Shown piece after piece: positions 20,119 to 30,001 of a stretch of DNA of 64,000 nt. The notes below the pieces were generated by a model. It did not search any database, was not told the DNA's origin, and was given only the letters and a program-made list of their open reading frames with translations. The stretch is from a virus (lineage: Duplodnaviria; Caudoviricetes): the IMG/VR virus record IMGVR_UViG_3300028048_000042; one strand, 5' to 3'. Every line of letters begins with the position of its first letter. The stretch's first letter is position 1. A program made the position numbers and the translations under genes.

Positions 20119-20295
20119 ATGAATGATATTTTAAATATAGTAGCACAAGTAATTATGTATGTATTTATCATTGGATTGTGTGTAAGTTCTCAATTCTTTT
20201 TTCGGCTTACAGTTGGTTTAGGTATTATTGGTATACTTGATGAACTCGAAAAAGTATTGCATCTTTTGACTGAAATCGCTGACAAAATGCCTTAA
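20119..20295 (+). CDS. Small membrane protein (58 aa)
   Basis: GAGGTG RBS; MNDILNIVAQVIMYVFIIGLC...; below the track cutoff. Confidence 0.55.
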   Translation: MNDILNIVAQVIMYVFIIGLCVSSQFFFRLTVGLGIIGILDELEKVLHLLTEIADKMP

Positions 20296-20324
20296 AAAAT
20301 TTACTAGAAGGAGCATGACAAAAT

Positions 20325-20555
20325 ATGGCAATGAAACATTTTACTTTTAAACACAAAATTGAGGATTTTTATAATTTGCTTGCTACTGATGAAAAGTTTA
20401 GAAAAATTATGAGTAAGTATGAAACAGAGGGACGTTCTGAGGTAATAGATAATAATGGATATATTCATATTTGGAACGTTGAACTCGAAGCAAATGATAA
20501 AGACGTTTGTTATATGGTCAATGCCTTAACATCTATTGAATATTTGTTTGTGTAA
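20325..20555 (+). CDS. Hypothetical protein
   Basis: AAGGAG RBS, terminator. Confidence 0.7.
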   Translation: MAMKHFTFKHKIEDFYNLLATDEKFRKIMSKYETEGRSEVIDNNGYIHIWNVELEANDKDVCYMVNALTSIEYLFV

Positions 20556-20759
20556 GCAAGGGGATTTTCCCTTGCCTTTTTTTGAATTTGCGTTAAATAA
20601 ATTCCTAAATAGTGCGAAAATTTAGGAATTTAATAAAAAAGAGGTTTATCACGTTTTCAAGATAACCCTCTTTTTTGTAATTGTAAAAAAAAGTATTGAT
20701 AAATTAACAAAAATGTTGTATAATTGAAATATGAAAACTCTAATAGGAGGTTTGATAAT

Positions 20760-21203
20760 ATGAGAATGAAAACAAATCGGCTTGTAATTGATAGTTTAAC
20801 TATTGAGCCATTTTGCTATGGTATGCTTGAAGGTTTGGCAGATTTTGTTACGAACAATACTTTGTTTTACTTTTTATACCATGCAGACAAAGAAACCAAA
20901 CAGTTCTTTGATGAAAATGATATTAATGTTAATTGCATCAGTAATGATGTAATTACTATGTTCAACAATATTACACAAGAAATCAAGACTGTTTGGAATA
21001 GCGAAAAACAATTTGACAGATTGGCAGGTTTTAACTTCTTTAATGAATTGTATTTTGAAGAATACAACAAAGAAGATTTGACACAGGCTGAAAATGAACT
21101 ATATGATAAATATGTTCGAGAATTCAGTGAAATGCTTATTGATATTCAAACAGATGTTGTAGATGAAGAAAAAGAATTTGGCGTAATTATGAGAGTTGCT
21201 TAA
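20760..21203 (+). CDS. Hypothetical protein, family B
   Basis: Paralog of 16348; AGGAGG RBS. Confidence 0.75.
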   Translation: MRMKTNRLVIDSLTIEPFCYGMLEGLADFVTNNTLFYFLYHADKETKQFFDENDINVNCISNDVITMFNNITQEIKTVWNSEKQFDRLAGFNFFNELYFEEYNKEDLTQAENELYDKYVREFSEMLIDIQTDVVDEEKEFGVIMRVA

Positions 21204-21291
21204 AAAGTATTGACAAATAATACTGACAATGTTATAATAAGACTGTAAATAAAAATCCTAACAAGAAGATTTAAGAGAGGAATGATGTAAA

Positions 21292-21579
21292 ATGTTAGCA
21301 CGACACATGAACAGTAAAAATGGTGGTATCAGCGGTAATAATATTATTATCGTAGATGACGACAACAACAAGTATTTTCAGTCCTATGAAAAAGTGGTTG
21401 CAAAGTATTATCCGCTTACAGGAACTTATGAAATTCTTGACGAAGAACTTACACGCACCACAACAAACTATCTTGGTAGTTTTATCAAGATTTGTTCTCG
21501 GCAGAACGCAATTAACATGGAGGAAATTAAAGCCCTCTCCAATGTAAAGTTCGTTAATCGTATTGGCGAAACTGCATAA
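21292..21579 (+). CDS. Small phage early protein (paralog of 39375)
   Basis: FQSYEKVVA...TRTTTNYLGSF vs FVSYTTKIA...SQTTSKWLYHF. Confidence 0.72.
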   Translation: MLARHMNSKNGGISGNNIIIVDDDNNKYFQSYEKVVAKYYPLTGTYEILDEELTRTTTNYLGSFIKICSRQNAINMEEIKALSNVKFVNRIGETA

Positions 21580-21594
21580 TGGAGGTGTTTTACA

Positions 21595-22113
21595 ATGAGT
21601 GTTGATACGAATGGTTTTCTGAAACAAGGTGTAAATCCTTTTGAACTTAAAAAATATCTTGAAAAAAAATATTCCAAAGTTGAAGTAAGAAATGAAAATT
21701 CTGAGACTTTTCCTTTTTATGTTTTTGATTTCAAAGATGGAAAAGATTGTCGAACTTTGTTCGTTTCATTGTGTGTATATGATGACGAGGATGATTCTTT
21801 CCCTGTACCTGTTGAAAAGAACGTTTCGTGTTCTTTATGCTTGGGATGTTGGGGCAATTCTGTTGAAATTATGACAGATATTATTCAGAATTTTGGGGGA
21901 GGGTTTGTACTCCCTAGCGATAGCGGTTATGATGGCACAGGTTGGGAATTCGTTGCGCCGATTGAAAATAGTAAACACATTGGGTTTTCTGACCTAGAAG
22001 TTGCGATATTTAACCTTATCAAGAAAAACTGCAAAACCAAAGGTCTGTCGGATAAAGATTATGCCATTTTTAACTTTGTTGTCAATAACATTGATGAATT
22101 GAAAAAGATGTGA
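21595..22113 (+). CDS. Hypothetical protein
   Basis: GGAGG RBS, terminator. Confidence 0.75.
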   Translation: MSVDTNGFLKQGVNPFELKKYLEKKYSKVEVRNENSETFPFYVFDFKDGKDCRTLFVSLCVYDDEDDSFPVPVEKNVSCSLCLGCWGNSVEIMTDIIQNFGGGFVLPSDSGYDGTGWEFVAPIENSKHIGFSDLEVAIFNLIKKNCKTKGLSDKDYAIFNFVVNNIDELKKM

Positions 22114-22268
22114 CATATTAGCAAAAACCTGCTATTCATGAATAGCAGGTTTTTTGTTTTTTATGTATATTTTCAAAAAAATATTTTAAAAAAGTATTGA
22201 CATACATACATAAAGATGATATACTAATTACAGTTAAAAGATGAATTACTTATTAGGAGGTAATTAAA

Positions 22269-22727
22269 ATGACGATTGAAGAAATTTACAAAGAAGAATA
22301 TGTTCCTGCTTGGGAAGGTTGTCACGAAGATGGTGAACCTGCTTGTTTTGAAGAATGGAAAGAGAATGATTTCAAAGAATCTCTTGAAAACTTCCTTGAT
22401 GATATGTCCTATCAGCAGAAGGTAGCAATTATGATGTCTTACTGTCAAAATAATCGTACTTGCAGTATTCCTTATCCTGACTATATGGAAAGCATTGACG
22501 AATGTGGAACTTTTTCAGATTTGTATGACAAAATCGACCATGACAATTTCAATATTCGCCATGATTTGTTCTATGAAGAATGTTCTTGCCTTGTGTCTTG
22601 CAATTTTGGCGATTTTGTCAATGAATATTGGGATTTGGACGATATGACAGAATATGTTATGGACAATTTCAATGATTTGTATAACAACGATTATATCATT
22701 GATGATTTTGAATATGAGTATAAATAA
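22269..22727 (+). CDS. Highly acidic protein (paralog of 42697), DNA-mimic/antirestriction candidate
   Basis: Very D/E-rich; KIDHDNFNIRHDLFY vs KIDKQKFDIDHEIFWY. Confidence 0.65.
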   Translation: MTIEEIYKEEYVPAWEGCHEDGEPACFEEWKENDFKESLENFLDDMSYQQKVAIMMSYCQNNRTCSIPYPDYMESIDECGTFSDLYDKIDHDNFNIRHDLFYEECSCLVSCNFGDFVNEYWDLDDMTEYVMDNFNDLYNNDYIIDDFEYEYK

Positions 22728-22936
22728 CAATGACATGGGGGGGGGATTTCCCTCCATGTTTTTTTATTTACATTAAACAAATTCCTAAATTTTCAGATTA
22801 TTTAGGAATTTAATGGTTTTTGAAAATATGTAAAAAGAAATCATAACATACTAAAAAATACTTGCAATAAGTCGCGAACTGTGTTATAATAAAGACAGTT
22901 AAGAAATAAGTAGTTCATAATAGGAGGAACAAGGTT

Positions 22937-23353
22937 ATGGAAATCAAAGTTAGCTTTTTGGCAAACGTAAAAGACAATCACGATATGTATGAAGTATCTC
23001 GTGCATTGCAGAAATGTGGTGCAGAGATTGTAGGTAATGAATTGGACGAAATGCAGAATATTGGTTATTTCAAGGTGGAACGTACCGACAATGCAGGAGA
23101 ACAGGTAGCAGGAGAAATCAGCAATGCGGTAAATTGTCATGATAGGGCGTTTTTACAGCAGATGTTAGATTTTTTCAGTAAAGACCATAGATACTTACAG
23201 GGAGAAGAAATCAAGGCAATGCTTATCTTTATGAAGATGTTTTCTGAAGTCGGTACTGATGGACGAAACGAATATGAAGTAGCTTTCATGAAGAAGATTG
23301 TAAATTATATTGAAAATGATTTGCAGTACGGCGAAATTCCTTCGAGATTTTAA
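22937..23353 (+). CDS. Hypothetical protein
   Basis: Promoter, RBS, terminator. Confidence 0.75.
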   Translation: MEIKVSFLANVKDNHDMYEVSRALQKCGAEIVGNELDEMQNIGYFKVERTDNAGEQVAGEISNAVNCHDRAFLQQMLDFFSKDHRYLQGEEIKAMLIFMKMFSEVGTDGRNEYEVAFMKKIVNYIENDLQYGEIPSRF

Positions 23354-23423
23354 TAAAGAATAAAAATCGAAAATGGCATTAAGTCATTTTCGATTTTTTG
23401 TAAAATAAAGGAGTAAAAACAAA

Positions 23424-24569
23424 ATGAGTCTTGAAAAAGATTTAAAAAATTTTTGTGAATTGATTAAAAATGAAAATGATTTTGTTTGCTTTTTGGATGA
23501 TTCACATGAAAAAGTCGTAAATAAGATTGACAATTTTATTTACATAACCAATCCAAAAAGCAAGCAAACAAGCCACAAAGTAGGTTATTGTGATGGAACT
23601 AAATTTGTTTCGTTTGACAATTTACACCGTGTATTTGATTTTCCTCCTGCTTTTAAGGCTTTATGTCTTAAATATGAAAAAAATCAAACCTTTAAGGAAC
23701 TTTGGGAAGCTACAAGTAACGGATTAGAATTTGTGTCTGTTGGTACTGCGGTTAAAAAATTCAAAAACCAATATCATGAATATATTATGGAATTGATTAA
23801 AAAGAAATATCCAAACGGAAGAAAAATGCATGATAAAGTAAAACTAACGGCAGAACTTTTAATCAAAAACAAATATGATATAATTGTTTCAAAACGAATC
23901 CTAAAAGGGACAATGGATATTTATAACGAACATCAAATAAATTATTCTGTTGATGAATGTATAATTGCTAGTTTTGATGATGGCACAATTAAAGAATATG
24001 CAAGTAAAGACTTTGAAAACACCTTGCACGATATTTCACTTGATAAATCTACTTATGGAATCACATTGGATAGCAATTATATTTTTTGTCATTTAGTTGA
24101 ATGGTATTTGGAAAATGAATTCAAGAGGAATAATTGCCTTGAATTAGAAAAAGAAAAGCATAAACACTATTTGCCATTCCTTGAAGTGTTAAATAATAAA
24201 GATAAAATGGAAAATAAAAAGTCACTTACATTCATTTATAATGCTGAACCGTTGTTAGAATTATTAAGGGTGGAACTGAAAAAAGAAACAATTCGTAGAT
24301 TGACAGGAGAAAAAAACAAACTTGATAGTATATCTAGCACAATAAAACAGATTGAAAGAAGTAAAACAATTACTTGCAAAATCCCCACTGACCATATTCG
24401 TACAGAAAACTTGTTTAAGCCACATTTTTACTATATTTACGATATTGTAAGCTCTAGTGAATATCCTTTGTTGGAAGTTTTTATAGATACAAGTGATTTG
24501 AAAAATTTCTTTTATGACACAGTAAATATTAAGGATATTGTTTATAGGAAAAAGAGTATCGTAAAATAA
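23424..24569 (+). CDS. Hypothetical protein, family A
   Basis: KSLTFIYN...VYRKKSI. Confidence 0.75.
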   Translation: MSLEKDLKNFCELIKNENDFVCFLDDSHEKVVNKIDNFIYITNPKSKQTSHKVGYCDGTKFVSFDNLHRVFDFPPAFKALCLKYEKNQTFKELWEATSNGLEFVSVGTAVKKFKNQYHEYIMELIKKKYPNGRKMHDKVKLTAELLIKNKYDIIVSKRILKGTMDIYNEHQINYSVDECIIASFDDGTIKEYASKDFENTLHDISLDKSTYGITLDSNYIFCHLVEWYLENEFKRNNCLELEKEKHKHYLPFLEVLNNKDKMENKKSLTFIYNAEPLLELLRVELKKETIRRLTGEKNKLDSISSTIKQIERSKTITCKIPTDHIRTENLFKPHFYYIYDIVSSSEYPLLEVFIDTSDLKNFFYDTVNIKDIVYRKKSIVK

Positions 24570-24797
24570 TTGCATAGGTGGATTTTTCTCCACCTATTTT
24601 TCTTTTTGTTCATATTGGTAAAATTCCTAAATAGTTTGAAAATTTATGAATTTGTTTGTAGGATAAATTGTATTGACATATATTATGATTTTTGATATAA
24701 TACTTATGGATTTGGGGAATTTGTAAACTAAAAATTTGAACTGTAAATTATTTTAGTTTACAACTGAAAATTTTAATTAACAGGAGGATTGTGATTT

Positions 24798-25220
24798 ATG
24801 TCTAAGAAGATTGGGTTTTTGGTTGCTATGCTGATGATGTTTATGAGTGTATCTTTTGCACATCCTTGGGCAGGTACAAGGTGGTATGATAACAACTTAA
24901 TCATTGTATCTGATGATTACTATCAGACAGGCAAAGCAATGTTTTTGATGGACACCACGAGCGTTTATCAGACCTCGGAGATGGTCAATAAGGACGATAC
25001 AAAGGTAACTATGTATGCCATTGTATATGACGCTGATAACCTGTCTAACACCGCCACATTGAAATATTGGTATTATACTAATGATTATATTGGAGAATAT
25101 GGATATGCGTTCTGTTTTGAGGATGTGAACGGAAACGGTAATATCCATAGTGCAACTATTAACGGTGAATGCAATTTGGGATATAACTTCTTCCATTATA
25201 TGAAAGATTTTGTAAAGTAA
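24798..25220 (+). CDS. Secreted protein with Sec signal peptide
   Basis: MSKK + hydrophobic core + VSFA cleavage-like site. Confidence 0.7.
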   Translation: MSKKIGFLVAMLMMFMSVSFAHPWAGTRWYDNNLIIVSDDYYQTGKAMFLMDTTSVYQTSEMVNKDDTKVTMYAIVYDADNLSNTATLKYWYYTNDYIGEYGYAFCFEDVNGNGNIHSATINGECNLGYNFFHYMKDFVK

Positions 25221-25373
25221 CTACTAAAAAGTAGTTACTTTTTTTTTAAAAAAAAGTATAAACATATTTATAAAAACTGTTGCATATACTCTTAAAATGT
25301 GTTATACTATAAGAGAAGTTAAGAAATGATACAATCCAACCAAAAAGAGTTGGAATCAATGGAGGTAAATGAC

Positions 25374-25961
25374 ATGCAATTATTAGGAATGAGAGAAATG
25401 GAAACAAAAGTAAGAATGCTGACCTATGCTTTACGCAAAGAATTAGAAAAAGCAGGTTTGGACATGTACCCACTTGTTGATGTAACAGTTACTAGATGTT
25501 GTACTAGACGTTTTGGATTATGCCACTACAATACGAAATATGATTTTAAAAAAGGTAAAAGCGTAATTGACAGTTGCAATATTGTAATTTCAGACCTTTG
25601 TTTTCATAATACAGAGAATTGTTTGAGAGATACAATTTTGCACGAATTGGTACATACTGTAAAAGGTTGTCAAAATCACAGAACACCATTCCACAATACC
25701 GCAAGAAAAGTCATGAGATTGTTTCCTGATGCTCACATTGATACACATTGTAGCAAAGAGGAAAGTCAAAAATTAAGAGAATTTAACAAACAGGTTGGCA
25801 GGGTAAGAGTTGCAAAATACAAAGTGACTTGTAACAAGTGCGGTTGTAGTTGGGAATATAAACGCAAAACGAAACTTGTTACCGCATTGTTAGAAGGAAG
25901 AAAACATGGTTATCGTCACACAAAATGCGGTTGTCATGACTTTTCTTTGGAAATTTTGTAA
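25374..25961 (+). CDS. SprT-like zinc metalloprotease with C-terminal Zn ribbon
   Basis: TILHELVH (HExxH), HxxxF, YKVTCNKCG...KCG. Confidence 0.8.
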   Translation: MQLLGMREMETKVRMLTYALRKELEKAGLDMYPLVDVTVTRCCTRRFGLCHYNTKYDFKKGKSVIDSCNIVISDLCFHNTENCLRDTILHELVHTVKGCQNHRTPFHNTARKVMRLFPDAHIDTHCSKEESQKLREFNKQVGRVRVAKYKVTCNKCGCSWEYKRKTKLVTALLEGRKHGYRHTKCGCHDFSLEIL

Positions 25962-26194
25962 CCACAAGTTAGTACAAGACAGGGAATATTCCCTGTCTTT
26001 TTGTTATCCACAAAATTATCAACATATCCACAGTATATAAATTCCTAAATAATCAGAAAATTTAGGAATTTATCAAATTTGAAAAGCAAAAATTTTTCAT
26101 AACATATTTGAAAAAGTGCTTGACTTTTGGCTAACAACTGATATAATAAATATTGTAAAGAGAAACCACAAGAATAAAATTGGAGGAATACAAA

Positions 26195-26311
26195 ATGAAC
26201 ATTGAAACCATACAGACTATCAACACTTACGAGATTCCGAAGAATTTGAATGAAAACGAAATGCTTGATTATCTGAAAAATTTGATTAAAGAAAAACAGA
26301 TTGTCGCATAA
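26195..26311 (+). CDS. Small protein (38 aa)
   Basis: Own promoter, GGAGG RBS; MNIETIQTINTYEIPKN... Confidence 0.6.
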   Translation: MNIETIQTINTYEIPKNLNENEMLDYLKNLIKEKQIVA

Positions 26312-26363
26312 GAAAATTTAAAAAAGTGTTGACAAACAATATAAACTCTGATATAATATAATC

Positions 26364-26716
26364 AAGATAAAGGAAAGGAAAGTAAAAGAAGAGGGGAATT
26401 AAAGTTCAAACAAACAGAAGGGAGGAACTTACAATGACCGCCACAGGACAAGCGGTAACGCACCATATTCGTGACAGTGATAACTAACTGCTAAATCTGT
26501 CATAGAATATAGAGTTTAGCAGTTTTGCCGATTCGTAAATTACCTTTAAAAATTTGCGAATATAAAATTTGATTGGGCGTGGTTCGCTCATGGTATGCTA
26601 GGATAGCGGAAAGAACGAGGTTGAATGATGATTAGAGATAAGCCGTAATTGAATTTAATTTATTGTTAAGAATTTTAGGCTATTAAAAACAGGCAAGATT
26701 AACCTTGCCTGTTTTA
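26364..26716 (+). ncRNA. Putative structured small RNA / peptide-encoding RNA
   Basis: Promoter-to-terminator unit without a normal ORF; stems 26486-26495/26515-26524 and 26531-26540/26552-26561; terminator 26685-26716. Confidence 0.45.
26434..26487 (+). CDS. 17-aa peptide MTATGQAVTHHIRDSDN
   Basis: GGAGG RBS 8 nt before ATG, promoter TTGACA 26329/TATAAT 26352. Confidence 0.4.
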   Translation: MTATGQAVTHHIRDSDN

Positions 26717-26815
26717 TTTATAAATTTATTTAACAAAAGTATTGACATACATATTTAAATATGATATTATAATGGTGTAAGGAAAAATGAATTATCTAAT
26801 AGGAGGTAGTTGACA

Positions 26816-27472
26816 ATGGATTATAACGTTTTAGAAGTAGTGTTAGAGGATTGGGAGGAAACCCATAACGGTTTTGACTTAAAAAGGGAAAAATCGTTTG
26901 TATCGGTTTTACCAAAATATGTTGATAGCATAATTTTGGAAATGTGGAATATCAAAGATGATATGGACACAGAAACTTTACTTCTCGATATTGCATGGGA
27001 AGTTGCTTGCAGGATTACAGATGAAGGTTTCGTAAACAACAAAAAGTTGTTGCATTTTATCATTAACAATTACTTGGACAATTTGATTAAAGACGAAGGT
27101 TATGAAGATGATGAAACTTTCAATGATACAATTAAACGTGCCATTGATTATGCTATGAGAGAATTGCTTTTTGGCTACGGTGTAATTAATTATTACACAA
27201 AACAACACCTTATTCGTTATTACAAGGAAAATATTGACGCTGATTTGATTAACTTCCCTCATGACGAAGTAGATGAAATCATGGAAAATGAAACAAATGG
27301 AGGTCATTGGGAGAACATCAAAGCAGTTTGTGATGAAATCATCAAGGATTGTTTTGAACCTCTTAAACGCAAGAGTATAACGTTTGAAATTGAATTACCT
27401 GCTAGTGCTGATGTAAATGACATTGTTGGTTATATTCGTGATAAGTTTGATGGCAACGTAACAATTAAATAA
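26816..27472 (+). CDS. Acidic hypothetical protein
   Basis: Promoter and AGGAGG RBS. Confidence 0.75.
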   Translation: MDYNVLEVVLEDWEETHNGFDLKREKSFVSVLPKYVDSIILEMWNIKDDMDTETLLLDIAWEVACRITDEGFVNNKKLLHFIINNYLDNLIKDEGYEDDETFNDTIKRAIDYAMRELLFGYGVINYYTKQHLIRYYKENIDADLINFPHDEVDEIMENETNGGHWENIKAVCDEIIKDCFEPLKRKSITFEIELPASADVNDIVGYIRDKFDGNVTIK

Positions 27473-27586
27473 ACCTTTTACAAAAGTGTTGCGTTTTTTA
27501 TCAATCTATGATATACTGTAAATGTATTGGGGAGGGTAAAACCTCCCTTAGAAATGAAAATGAAAACGAATGGAGAGGTATTTATT

Positions 27587-27979
27587 ATGGAAACGAATTT
27601 TGAAAAAGAATTAAAAAAAGCACTGTTCATGAATGGTCACAAAGCTATCGAAGATTTTCTTGGCTATGATAGTGATGATTATGATGTAAATGAGGATAGA
27701 GCCATTACAGAAAAACGTATAGATGATGTTATGGCACAAATGCCAATGGACGAACAAATGGAATTTTACGCAAAGTATGGCGAAACAAAAGTGCTTACGT
27801 TGGATTGTACCGCACTTATCAGCTATACGCAAAACGTTTGTGTTCCGAAAGACCTTACCAAAGAACAAGCCATTGATTTTATCAAAGACATTTTTATGGA
27901 TTTATCAAGACCTTGCGATTTTGAATTTGTGCCTGAAAGCGATACAATTAACGAAGAATTGTCAGAATTCGATTCTTAA
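27587..27979 (+). CDS. Acidic hypothetical protein
   Basis: GAGGT RBS, terminator. Confidence 0.72.
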   Translation: METNFEKELKKALFMNGHKAIEDFLGYDSDDYDVNEDRAITEKRIDDVMAQMPMDEQMEFYAKYGETKVLTLDCTALISYTQNVCVPKDLTKEQAIDFIKDIFMDLSRPCDFEFVPESDTINEELSEFDS

Positions 27980-28131
27980 AAAAAGCATGGTAGAATTTTT
28001 CTACCATGCTTTTTTACTTCCATAATTGTCTGAACATTTAGGAATTTGTAGATAATATAAGGTTTAAAAATGAGCAAAAATTTTTTTCAAAATCTGTTAT
28101 ACATTGGCTGAACAAGAACTATAATTATAGT

Positions 28132-28900
28132 GTAAAAGAAAACACAATGGAGCAGGGTTAAAAATTTTAATCTTGTTGTGTTGAGTGGTTTTTTACTTGT
28201 TGAATGACTCCCTATAGTGCAAGTATGTAGTATAGAGAGCCATTGAACAATTTCTATCTTGAAATAAGATATACAAATTGCATATAGAAAAATCACACTA
28301 GGAATGAGCATAAAAACCTAGTATAAAAAAACCGTGTCCCAAAAATTGTAGGTTTACGAATAATTATCGTTCGTGTTAAAGACAATGTGAAAAACTTGAA
28401 CCTTCACTGCTATGTTATAAGCCTATTGCCTGTGAGTATTGTTAAAAGTCAATGCCACGAATAGACAAAACTTTAATTGATTTGTGATATTCAAAACGTT
28501 ATTAAATAACACATGAATACACATATTCCACTTGTCACGAATTGACATTAGGAATGAAAATTATCACAAATGGTTGGAGCAGGTCGGCAGTAGATTAAGA
28601 GGATAATATCCGCAGGTTATAACTCCGTCAACTATTAAGATACCCCATTCGTAGTGCCTATGGCAGGGATGACGGAAGGAAATGCCTATCCTGTTAAGTG
28701 ATTCAGTGAAGTATTATATGGTTAAGCTACAATCGGACATATTTTCCTTCCGTTGGTAGAAACCTCATTGTGAATATATAATAGCAATATTGTATACTGA
28801 CAATAAGGCTTGTACCCTCATTCTCTTACAAAGTAAGGGGAAAAGTATTTCCTATTGTGAAATACCACTTTCACTTGAAATACTTTGCAAACTATGCTGA
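28132..28900 (+). ncRNA. Putative large structured non-coding RNA (~770 nt; ends approximate)
   Basis: Only long ORF-free stretch inside the early region; promoter TTATAC 28097/TATAAT 28120; many stems with G-U pairs on the + strand, e.g. 28152-28161/28167-28176, 28471-28489/28562-28579, 28671-28682/28743-28754, 28842-28851/28877-28886. Confidence 0.7.
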
Positions 28901-28915
28901 AATGCTAACATTTAT

Positions 28916-28960
28916 ATATTTTGGAATATAATATTTTAGAATATAATATTTTGAAATATA
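28916..28960 (+). repeat. Three tandem 15-bp repeats ATATTTTRRAATATA
   Basis: ATATTTTGGAATATA, ATATTTTAGAATATA, ATATTTTGAAATATA. Confidence 0.85.
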
Positions 28961-28978
28961 TTAGAGGAATGATTAAAT

Positions 28979-29152
28979 ATGATGGTATGGAGAGATAAAA
29001 AGAATAAAAGGGCAAATAGGCGTGAGCAAAGAAAACGTACTGAGTTTGACAGAAATTATCGTAAAAACTGTGGCGTTTTGCTTAGACGATATGCAAGTCG
29101 TGAAGAAGTAGAGCAAATGATAGCTGAAACTATGGCAAGAAGCAAGAGATAA
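28979..29152 (+). CDS. Arg/Lys-rich small protein (57 aa), possible RNA-binding peptide
   Basis: MMVWRDKKNKRANRREQRKRTEFDRNYRK...; AGAGGA RBS; terminator 29137-29165. Confidence 0.6.
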   Translation: MMVWRDKKNKRANRREQRKRTEFDRNYRKNCGVLLRRYASREEVEQMIAETMARSKR

Positions 29153-29297
29153 TCTTGCTTCTTTTATATTCCTAAATAATCTGAAAATTTAGGAATATGT
29201 TTTTTATTTCTTTTAAAAAAAGTATTGACATGATACAATATGTGTGATATACTTAACTCATAAAGCTAAAGATGTTTTCCAAAAGGAGGAAGTAAAA

Positions 29298-29912
29298 ATG
29301 ATTAACAAAGAGATTAAAGATTGGATTTTCAACAGACAAGTTGATATTAATGTAACAGTTTTTGATAAGATAAGGTCTGATGTTATTAACGAATGGAGTA
29401 CGGATAGGGATTGTACTTTTGAAGGATTTGTCAAAACAAAAGCATATAACGTTATTTATAATACTATTGTCGATTCTGAAGAAACCGTAGATAAATATAT
29501 TAAAACGTATATTTTTAAAGAACTTCTTTGGGATTATATTTGTGCGAACAATCAAGAATATAGCCCTATGATAGTTCTTTACTGCAATATCATTACAGAG
29601 GAATTTATGAAGTGGATGTCTACATTAAAAGATGAAATTTATCAAAACTTTGTAACCGATATTATAAAAAAACATTATACAAATTCTCTCAAGATTGAAA
29701 TGGGTAGTGAATTGGATGAATTGCTTTCAATTTTCATTAAATGTGTGGGGAAAACCCATACATGTCGAGAAATTGACCATGATATTAAAGCGATTCTTAA
29801 CCATCAAACTGTAAAACTTTCTTTCAAAGTTCCTAAAAACTTATCGGATGAAGAACTTGTCAAACATCTGACACTTCTTGTAAAGAACAAATGCTTTTTA
29901 ACGGAAGGTTGA
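29298..29912 (+). CDS. Hypothetical protein
   Basis: Promoter/leader nearly identical to that of 8894. Confidence 0.75.
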   Translation: MINKEIKDWIFNRQVDINVTVFDKIRSDVINEWSTDRDCTFEGFVKTKAYNVIYNTIVDSEETVDKYIKTYIFKELLWDYICANNQEYSPMIVLYCNIITEEFMKWMSTLKDEIYQNFVTDIIKKHYTNSLKIEMGSELDELLSIFIKCVGKTHTCREIDHDIKAILNHQTVKLSFKVPKNLSDEELVKHLTLLVKNKCFLTEG

Positions 29913-30001
29913 AAAAATAAGCAGGATGGCAATATATCCTGCTTATTTCAATTTATTTCTTATTTAGTGATAAGATAAATAAAAAGCGAGGTTTATATAA
30001 A

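Noticed and set aside
28132-28900. Group I/II intron, RNase P, tmRNA or tRNA cluster as the identity of the ORF-free region
   Set aside because: No GUGCG start or domain V, no interrupted host gene, no GAGGAAAGUC, and no T-loop/CCA tRNA-like ends recognised by eye; a covariance search is still needed.
28916-28960. 15-bp tandem repeats as additional CodY boxes
   Set aside because: Only about 10/15 match in nearly pure A/T sequence, the conserved C is absent, and spacing is 15 bp rather than 9 bp.
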